IMG/VR virus record: IMGVR_UViG_2757320666_000001
Location: 1-64,000 of that record
DNA length: 64,000 nt
Strand: one strand, 5' to 3'
Source of the DNA: a virus
Lineage: Duplodnaviria > Caudoviricetes
Shown: piece after piece, positions 19,081 to 27,000 of the stretch
Layout: the number at the start of each line of letters is the position of its first letter
Position numbering within the stretch: the stretch's first letter is position 1
Made by a program: the position numbers and the translations under genes
The notes under the pieces: model-generated
What the model was told of the DNA's origin: nothing
Databases searched by the model: none
Seen by the model: the letters and a program-made list of their open reading frames with translations, nothing else

Positions 19081-19527
19081 ATGAAAGCAAAAATTAATAT
19101 TGATAATTCTTTTGGAGGAATATATACAATTGATTATATAGAAAAAATAGAAGAAAATGATAAATTAAATTTTACAGAAATATTACCTTCTGAAAATATT
19201 ATTTTACCTATTTGAAATAAAAATAAATGGGAAGAAAAATTATCACAAGAAGAAATTGAAACAATAAATTTTGAAAAAGGAGTTTTACAAATTTCAAAAA
19301 GAGATTTATTTATTAAATTATTAGATTACAATATTACAGAAGAATTGATTAAAAATACAATTTTAGAAAATTCTAATTTAACAGAAAAAGAAAAAAGTAT
19401 ATTAATAATTAAATTAAACAATTCAAATATTTTTTATAAATTGGATGAGGACTTATTAAATTTATCTGATTTAATTGGAATTTCAAAAAACAATTTAACA
19501 AAAATTTTTAACAAAACAATAGATTAA
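19081..19527 (+). pseudogene. Fibre-associated (chaperone-like) gene with one in-frame TGA at codon 45 (19213-19215); 148 aa if read through
   Basis: Manual translation: MKAKINIDNSFGG...ENIILPI*NKNKWEEKLSQEEIE...TKIFNKTID; ATG lies 2 nt after the fibre gene stop; the frame stays open for 104 codons after the TGA; about 17% GC by hand count over 19081-19500. Confidence 0.7.
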
Positions 19528-19534
19528 AAGAATT

Positions 19535-19560
19535 ATCTACAAAATTAAATGTAGATTTTT
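19535..19560 (+). terminator. Weak terminator-like hairpin
   Basis: atctaca / tgtagat 7-bp stem followed by TTTT. Confidence 0.4.
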
Positions 19561-19572
19561 CAGATAATTCAT

Positions 19573-19580
19573 TAACTTTG
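19573..19580 (+). promoter_or_regulatory. Bacteroidota -7 box TAACTTTG
   Basis: TAnnTTTG after the hairpin and upstream of the membrane-protein/holin genes. Confidence 0.5.
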
Positions 19581-19717
19581 CAAAATATTAATGAATTATT
19601 TCAAAAAGGTTTATTAATTATAATTCAATCAGAATGCCAACAAGGAATTTCTGGAGAAGGTAGAGGAATGTAATTTAGTGAAGTTAATGATTGGGAAATC
19701 TTAAATTAAATTGTGTA

Positions 19718-20230
19718 ATGGAAAATATAAAAGATGTTAAAAGATTAGAAGTATTAGTAGCTTTTTTACTGATATTTATTCCGATAATATTAAGATTATT
19801 TGATGGTACTTGGAGACCAAGTATAAGTGATTATGCTTATAGTGAATTTAATTATCTATTTGCTTTCTTATTAACATTGGCTGGTTCAATGTTTTTATAT
19901 AATGGAGTTGGTTATAAAAGACATTGGTATAATGGTATATTAGGAATATCATTATTTGGTGTTACTTTAACTCCTCATTTGGATTATCCTTTTTTTCATT
20001 ATATATTTGCAAGTATATTTTTTATTGGTAGTATTTTATCAATAGGATTAAGTTCTAATATTGTATTCAGAAGTTTTAAATATTTTGTATCAGGAATAGT
20101 TCTAATTGGATTACTTTTACATTTTGTGTTTAATATGTTTAGTTTATTAGTAGCTGAATGGATTGGAATTATACCAATAGCAACACATTTTATTATAAAA
20201 TCACGAATTACAAATAAAGTTTTAAATTAA
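19718..20230 (+). CDS. Multi-pass membrane protein, DUF998-like
   Basis: Five to six hydrophobic segments; RPSISDYAY and HYIFASIFF motifs; ATG at 19718 preferred over TTG at 19691. Confidence 0.65.
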   Translation: MENIKDVKRLEVLVAFLLIFIPIILRLFDGTWRPSISDYAYSEFNYLFAFLLTLAGSMFLYNGVGYKRHWYNGILGISLFGVTLTPHLDYPFFHYIFASIFFIGSILSIGLSSNIVFRSFKYFVSGIVLIGLLLHFVFNMFSLLVAEWIGIIPIATHFIIKSRITNKVLN

Positions 20231-20237
20231 TATTAAT

Positions 20238-20825
20238 ATGAAATCCCAACTGATGACAGAGTTATTTATTTATGTGCAATATCTTGGTAAGATAATTGTA
20301 AATGCTAAAACTTTATTGACAACTAAAACAGGAGTAACAATTTTAGTATCAACTGTAAGTTATTATGCAATATCAAATGATTTAACAAATGCCTGGAAAT
20401 TATTAGGTATAGTTTTCTTTATAGACTTTGCTACAGGAATCTATGCTTCTTTTATAGAGAATAGGAATCTCAAAAAGAAAAAAGGAGAATTGAAGTTAGG
20501 TTTCTTGAACAAATGTCTTTTACTTATTGAAACAATTACAAGTGAAAAGTTGAGAAAATCTATAGTTAAGGGAATCGGTTATATTATTTTTACATTGCTG
20601 GTATATGGAGTAGAAAAAGTATTTTTAATTAAATCTTTTACATTCTTTAATATATCTGATAAAAATTGGACAATCACATTAGTTACTTTAGCTTTTTGTA
20701 CAGCTATTGAAATATATTCAATTGTATTTGAAAATATTAAAAGAGCAGGTTATGATATAGCAGGTTCATTTGTAAAAATGCTTACTCAATATAAAACAAT
20801 TAAAGGAGAAGTTAAAGATATATAA
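20238..20825 (+). CDS. Holin (phage holin 4_1 / toxin-secretion holin-like)
   Basis: IDFATGIYAS, KLRKSIVK.IGY and EIYSIVFENIKRAGY motifs; three hydrophobic segments. Confidence 0.75.
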   Translation: MKSQLMTELFIYVQYLGKIIVNAKTLLTTKTGVTILVSTVSYYAISNDLTNAWKLLGIVFFIDFATGIYASFIENRNLKKKKGELKLGFLNKCLLLIETITSEKLRKSIVKGIGYIIFTLLVYGVEKVFLIKSFTFFNISDKNWTITLVTLAFCTAIEIYSIVFENIKRAGYDIAGSFVKMLTQYKTIKGEVKDI

Positions 20826-20835
20826 AATTATTTTT

Positions 20836-20843
20836 TATCTTTG
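20836..20843 (+). promoter_or_regulatory. Bacteroidota -7 box TATCTTTG
   Basis: TAnnTTTG only 4 nt before the ATG at 20848, so a leaderless mRNA or the ATG at 20857 is possible. Confidence 0.45.
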
Positions 20844-20847
20844 TGGC

Positions 20848-21558
20848 ATGGAACAAATGATAAAAAATATAAAATCAAACTTTGAAAAACTCACTTTTGA
20901 TGAAAATAAACATCAATATAGTGTAGATTCTATTAAACTAAAAGGTTCTGTATCATCAAAAATTGATAAATTTGTTGAGAAAGTAAACTTTGATGAAAAA
21001 GCTGAAACTAAAGCTATAAGATTAGGAATATCAAAAGAATCTCTTTTAGCTCAATGGGAAGAGGAAAAAAATATAGCTTGTACTACAGGAAACAGAGTTC
21101 ACTTATTTGGTGAACTCTACCCATTTAATAGAACTATGAAACCTTCTTGTCCTCAAGAAGTTGCTGTAACAAAATTTTGGAATGACCTACCTACTCATAT
21201 AGTTCCTGCTTGTTTGGAGTTAAGAATGTACCATTTGCAATTTATGTTTGCTGGTACATCTGATATTCTTTTGTTTGATACTATAAACAAAACATTTATA
21301 ATTGCTGATTATAAAACCAATAAAGATTTATTTAAAAATTTTAAGAAAAAAACTTTATTAGCTCCTTTTGAAAGACTGTTAGATTCTCCCTTTAATAAAT
21401 ATCAGATTCAACTTTCTTTTTATCAACTTTTGTTTGAACAAACTGGTTATAAAGTTACTTCAAGAAAAATAGTATGGTTATTAAAAACAGGAGAATATTT
21501 AATGTATGATTGTGAAAATCTAACAAAAGAATTATTACAAGAATTAAATAAAGAATAA
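20848..21558 (+). CDS. PD-(D/E)xK family exonuclease
   Basis: FAGTSDILLFD...IIADYKTNK and YQIQLSFY motifs. Confidence 0.8.
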   Translation: MEQMIKNIKSNFEKLTFDENKHQYSVDSIKLKGSVSSKIDKFVEKVNFDEKAETKAIRLGISKESLLAQWEEEKNIACTTGNRVHLFGELYPFNRTMKPSCPQEVAVTKFWNDLPTHIVPACLELRMYHLQFMFAGTSDILLFDTINKTFIIADYKTNKDLFKNFKKKTLLAPFERLLDSPFNKYQIQLSFYQLLFEQTGYKVTSRKIVWLLKTGEYLMYDCENLTKELLQELNKE

Positions 21559-21559
21559 A

Positions 21560-22273
21560 ATGGGAGGAATTACAATAGGAGAATTAATTGAAAGAGTTCA
21601 GTCTGCTTATTCTAAAGGAGTAAGAAGTGATGATTCTCGTTTATCTAATAGACATATTTATAGTAAATTAAAATCTGTAAGAAATAAATTAATTTCTCAA
21701 CAACTTAAAAAAAGACAAAAGATAAGTGATTGGAATTTTATAATTTTACCTTGTGTAGAATTGATTGAAGTTGAAAAGCATGATTGTCCTTGTTTACCAC
21801 CATTAGGTTGTAAAGTATATAGAACAAAAGAGAAGTTACCTAAAGTATTGACCAATTTGAATAAACATATTATTCAATGGGTTATGACAATAGAAAGTAG
21901 TAAAATAATTGATGAAACTACAAGAGAATCATATTTATACAATACAGGAAACAAGTACACTAAAAAGCATTTAAAGTATATTTTAGAGAATGAATATATT
22001 TATGTTTATGGAGAATATGTTCCTAAATTAATAAAAGTAAAATTATTAGCTGAAAATCCAATTGAAGCATATAGTTTTCCATCATATTGCAAACAAGATT
22101 GTGTTGATTGTCAAGATGATTGTGAAAGTATGTTAGATAAAGTTTTTCCTATTGATGGAGATATGGTAGAACCATTATTAGAAATGTCTTTTCCAGAATT
22201 AATAAATATATTTTCTCAAGCTATAGAAGATATAAATAACAATACATCTGATTCAAATGACAAAAACAGATAG
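21560..22273 (+). CDS. Putative tail ring protein
   Basis: SDDSRLSNRHIY and C-terminal FPIDGDM pattern; position before the IHF-like, tail tubular and muzzle genes as in crAss-like phages. Confidence 0.6.
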   Translation: MGGITIGELIERVQSAYSKGVRSDDSRLSNRHIYSKLKSVRNKLISQQLKKRQKISDWNFIILPCVELIEVEKHDCPCLPPLGCKVYRTKEKLPKVLTNLNKHIIQWVMTIESSKIIDETTRESYLYNTGNKYTKKHLKYILENEYIYVYGEYVPKLIKVKLLAENPIEAYSFPSYCKQDCVDCQDDCESMLDKVFPIDGDMVEPLLEMSFPELINIFSQAIEDINNNTSDSNDKNR

Positions 22274-22742
22274 TAATATAAGAATAAGTTATAAGTTATA
22301 TAAACAATTACATACTAAAGAAGATAGTCATTTAATAGTAGATATTAAAACTTATATAAGTGTAGCAAATGAATATAATAAATTTTTACTTGATAAAGTT
22401 TTAGATGGAGAAGAAGTAACTTTACCTGCTAAAATGGGTACAATTTACATCAGAGGTAGTAAGCAAAAAATAAGATTTGATGAAAATGGATTACCATTAT
22501 TAGCTCCAGATTGGACAAAAACATTAGCTTATTGGAAAAATAATCCTCAAGCTAAAGAAGATAAAAAATTATTATATTGTACTAATGAACATACTGATGG
22601 AGTAAGATATAAAATTATTTGGTCTAAAAAAAGAATAATGGTTGAAAATAAAACACTATATAGTTTGAGATTAACAAGAACAAATAAAAGAGCTATAAGT
22701 TCAACTATTAAAAAAGGAAAAGAATACTTAATCAAAAAATAA
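22257..22742 (+). CDS. IHF-like protein of the crAss tail module
   Basis: LDGEEVTLPAKMGTIYI motif; LAPDW and TNEHTDG motifs; basic C-terminus. Confidence 0.7.
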   Translation: MTKTDSNIRISYKLYKQLHTKEDSHLIVDIKTYISVANEYNKFLLDKVLDGEEVTLPAKMGTIYIRGSKQKIRFDENGLPLLAPDWTKTLAYWKNNPQAKEDKKLLYCTNEHTDGVRYKIIWSKKRIMVENKTLYSLRLTRTNKRAISSTIKKGKEYLIKK

Positions 22743-22747
22743 AAATT

Positions 22748-23029
22748 ATGGCAACATTAGATACAAGTAAAGCAATTGAATCAGCAGAATTTGAAGGTAA
22801 AAGAGAATTTAAGTTACCAGAAGGAGCAACTGTTATTAAAAATAGTCATACTATAAGTGTGAGAGAAATTGAAAACGGTTTCATTTTGAGAAAATCTTAT
22901 GATATAAAATGGACATTAGGAGATGATTCAAATTATGAATATTTCAGTAAAGAATGGTGGTCTAAAGAAAACCCTTTAAAAATAACAATGCCTAAAGAAG
23001 AAAAATCTTTAGCAGATAAATTAGATTAA
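22748..23029 (+). CDS. Hypothetical protein
   Basis: ORF tightly packed in the operon with an A-rich leader. Confidence 0.65.
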   Translation: MATLDTSKAIESAEFEGKREFKLPEGATVIKNSHTISVREIENGFILRKSYDIKWTLGDDSNYEYFSKEWWSKENPLKITMPKEEKSLADKLD

Positions 23030-23030
23030 T

Positions 23031-24002
23031 ATGCAAAAATTTCAGTTTGTAAAAATAGATTCAATACTTTCAAAATTTCAAAGAGATTTTAAAGGTATTG
23101 ATATTAATGAAGATGATGCTATTGAATGGATAGGAGAAGCATTAGGATTTATGAAAATAGTTAGTGCATCAGAAGAAGCAATTGCTTTTATTGAAGTAAA
23201 AAACTATCATGCTTCTATACCAGCAGGTCTTCACTATATAACTCAAATAGCAAGAAATAATGATTGGGAAAAACCAGAAGATACAAATGGTTGTGCAGCT
23301 AACACTATTGCTCAAATTGAAACAGAAACTAAATGTTGTGATGAACAACAACCTAAACATTTATCAAATGAACAACTTTCTGTTACATGGGATGAAGAAC
23401 AATCTCAATATGTAGTAGAACTAAATTTACCATTATCTTTTCAAAATTGGATAAGTTCAACATATAAAAAAGCTAAATACACTCCTGTAAGATTAGCTAA
23501 TCATTCTTTTTTAAATACATTAGTTTGTAAAGAAAAAGATATGGAAGATGTATATTGTAGAGATTGTAAAGACAGAGATGAATATACAATAGTACAAGAC
23601 CAATTAAGATTTAATTTTCAGACAGGTTTTATTGCATTAGCATATATAAGACAAATGATTGACAATGAAACTGGTTATCCAATGATACCTGATGATGAAT
23701 CAGCAAGAGCAGCTATTACATACTATCTTGGTTGGAAAATTAAAGAAATGGAAGCATGGAATCATAGAGAAGGTGCTATGCAATTAGCTCAAATAGCAGA
23801 ACAACATTGGTTAAAATATATCAAGCAATTTAAGAATAAAGCTAAAATGCCTACTGGTGTGGACCAATATCAAAATTTAATGGAACAATCAAATTACTTG
23901 ATTCCTAATCATAATAGATATTATGGTTTCTTTGGTAAATTAGGAACTGCTGAAAATAGAACATTTAATGGTCCAAGAAAAATAACAAACTATGCGAGAT
24001 AA
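23031..24002 (+). CDS. Tail tubular protein (P22 gp4-like / ring protein)
   Basis: IEWIGEAL, GYPMIPDD.S...AITYY and W..Y..Q motifs; directly upstream of the stabilization protein. Confidence 0.75.
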   Translation: MQKFQFVKIDSILSKFQRDFKGIDINEDDAIEWIGEALGFMKIVSASEEAIAFIEVKNYHASIPAGLHYITQIARNNDWEKPEDTNGCAANTIAQIETETKCCDEQQPKHLSNEQLSVTWDEEQSQYVVELNLPLSFQNWISSTYKKAKYTPVRLANHSFLNTLVCKEKDMEDVYCRDCKDRDEYTIVQDQLRFNFQTGFIALAYIRQMIDNETGYPMIPDDESARAAITYYLGWKIKEMEAWNHREGAMQLAQIAEQHWLKYIKQFKNKAKMPTGVDQYQNLMEQSNYLIPNHNRYYGFFGKLGTAENRTFNGPRKITNYAR

Positions 24003-27000
24003 TAATACAGTAATTCAACCTGGAGGATTAAGTACAGATACATCTTATGTAAATCAACCTCAAGGAGCAACTACATTTGTTTTAAATGGGGTAAATGAAA
24101 CAGTTGAAGGAGATAAAGGTTTCATTGCTAATGAAGAATCTAATGAACCATGTTATACTATACCTCAAGGTTTTACACCAATAGGTAAGGTTTATATTGG
24201 TAATGATGAAACTTTAATATTTCTTTGTTCTACTAATGGTGATTCAATGTTAGCAATAGTGGATAGAGAATGTAATTTTTCTATACAAGTAAGTGATGTA
24301 AATCAAACTGAAAAATTTGGATTTAAGATAAGTCAGCAAATAGATGCTACTTTTAGATTAAGAAAAGGATGTGAAAGAGTTATCTATTGGATTGACCCTA
24401 AACCAAGAATATTTATATTAGAAAAACCAGAAAAATTCCAAGATAATACAACAGGTGATTGGGATATTTCAAAATTTAATTTGTTTAAAATTTATAAAAC
24501 AATACCTAATTTTGATGATGTTGAAGTATTAAACAATGGAGGTAATTTATTATCAGGTAGTTATAATTTTTCTATTCAGTATTTAGATGAAGATTTGAAT
24601 CCTACAGAATTTATTACAAGTAGTGAAACAGTACAAGTATATAATAGTGATTTCACATTACCTTATAGAGATGTAAGAGGTTCAACTAATACTGTAACTG
24701 AATATCAAAATTTTGGTAGGTCAGATAAAGCTATAAAAATAACATTATCTAATTTAGATGAAACTTTTCCTTTTTATAGATTAGCTATCACAGAAGCTAC
24801 AGGAGGTACAGGACAGATTACTGATACAAAATTTACACAAGAAATATCTACTCAAAATACTGTATTTACATATACAGGAAATAATTATGAATCTTCTGGT
24901 ACTCAATCAGATGTATTAGTATTTAAAAATATTATAGAAAAAGCAGGAAGTATTGAGCAAGTAGAAAATACTTTATTACTTGGTAATGTAAAAGGTAAAG
25001 AAGTAAATCTTTGTAATTTACAGAAATATGCAAGTAAGATATGTGCTGATATGGTTACTAAAAAAGTTGCACTAAATCAACTTATTGATGGTAACAGTAA
25101 ACATACTTCTGTTAATTTAGAAGGTTTAGGTTACATGCCTGGAGAAATATATTCTTTTGGTATTGTATATATTTTTGATGATAATACTTTAACACCTGTT
25201 TATCATATTCCTGGTAAAAGTAATTTGATTCCAGCAGATACTATTTTTGATGCTGGTCAGAATATACATCCAATGGCACTTAACAATACAAGTGCTGATA
25301 ATTCATATACTGATAATGATAGTTGTGGAGGAGTAAATTATTGGGGAGTAGATTCAGAAGGTACTCAATTAACAGGACAATTAGTTAGACATCATAGATT
25401 TCCATTAAGAACAGATGTAAATATACCTTTGTTAGAAAGAGTAAATACAAACACAACAACAAATGTATTTAAGAGAATAAAAGTAAATATAGCAGGAAGC
25501 ATTCCTACACCTACAACTTGTCCATTAGTTGATGAACCAGGATATGACCCAGCTTGTGTTCCTGTTATTGCTAATACTTTTCAGTATAATCTTAATTATA
25601 CTATAGATGGTGGAACTAATTTATATGAGTTTATAGGACAAGTAAAACCTTCTGATTATGCAAGTAGTAGTGCTTCTCATATAATATCTGAAAATGATTA
25701 TTCTAATATTATAGTTGCTACATTAGTAAGTTTTAGTACACTTGATGAAAGTCAAGAAAATGGAGATATATTAAGAATTATAGGTACAATAGCTGGAGGA
25801 ATTTTTACAGCTATATCTACTAATGGAGATTTAATAGACCCAGTTACAAATTTACCTACTGGTACAATAAAACCTGGTAGAGGTTTAACTTATACAGTAG
25901 AATTATCTAATGATATAGTTGAAACAAAAGATGAGCAATTTACCTCTGATATTTTTGGTATCCACTTTTCTAATATAGAAATTCCTTCTGAATTAGAATT
26001 AAATGGTAATAAAATCATTGGTTACTATATTGTTAGAAATGAAAGAATTGAAGATGAAAAAACTATATTAGATAGTGCTGTATTAACTTCTACTGTGCAA
26101 AATGCACAATTTGTATCTTCTGGTTTATTGATGCCTGAAATGGACAATGATTCAAGAATTAAGAAAGATATAGTTAGTATAATAAATCCAGAGTTTAAAT
26201 TCAATGAAAAAAAATATAAGAATGTAACTAAAATAATTCAACAAGGTAGTTTTAAAAGAACAGAAGCTATACACAGTAGAACAAAAATTATTGATGTTCA
26301 AGATGGTAATTCATATCAAAGTGGTATGAAAGATGCTGAAAATGGTAGATTTCAAGGTAATGGTAATAATGGTCCTGATGGATTCTTATTACAAATAAAA
26401 TCAAGAGATAACATTACAACTTTTACAGATAAAAAAGATTTTGAAATTGATGCTTCTAAAATAAAAGAAATTTTCTTTTTACCAGCATTAGGAGATAAGT
26501 TAATTCAAGATTCTGCTGATGTTGGTGTAGATGTATTTAATCTTGCTTGTGATAATAAAGTAGGTATAATGTCATTAAATGAAAATATAAATTTTCCTAT
26601 TGTAAATGATGTACCTTATGTTTATTTAGTAAAAGATAATGCTAATCCTTATAATAATTTTAGATTAACTCCTTATTATAAAGAAACTTTAAATCCAATT
26701 TATTTTACATCAACAGAATCAAGTTGTGATGTATTCAATGGAGATAGTTATATTACACCAATAAGATATACAAACAGTATATTTTATGATAACAGGTTAA
26801 GAAAAAGAGCAGCTAAAACATCTGTTTGGAATTATATTGCAGCAGCACTTTTAGTAATTGTAGCTGTTGTAATTGCTATTTTTACTTGGGGAGCAGGTAC
26901 AGCAGGAAGTATAGCTTTAATTGGTGTAGCAGCAGCTATGGTAGGTGGTGCAGCAGCACTTGTGGCTTCTGGTATAAAACAAGATGCTTGGGCAAGAGCA

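Noticed and set aside
19345-19527. Track ORF of 60 aa starting at TTG
   Set aside because: It is the 3' part of the longer frame starting at ATG 19081 and interrupted by TGA
19495-19530. Programmed -1 frameshift joining the 19081 ORF to the downstream orphan frame
   Set aside because: T TTT AAC is not a proper slippery heptamer, and the -1 frame has a TAA at 19509-19511
20848-21558. Cas4 / CRISPR association
   Set aside because: Lacks the four-Cys Fe-S pattern of Cas4, and no repeat-spacer array is visible in the window
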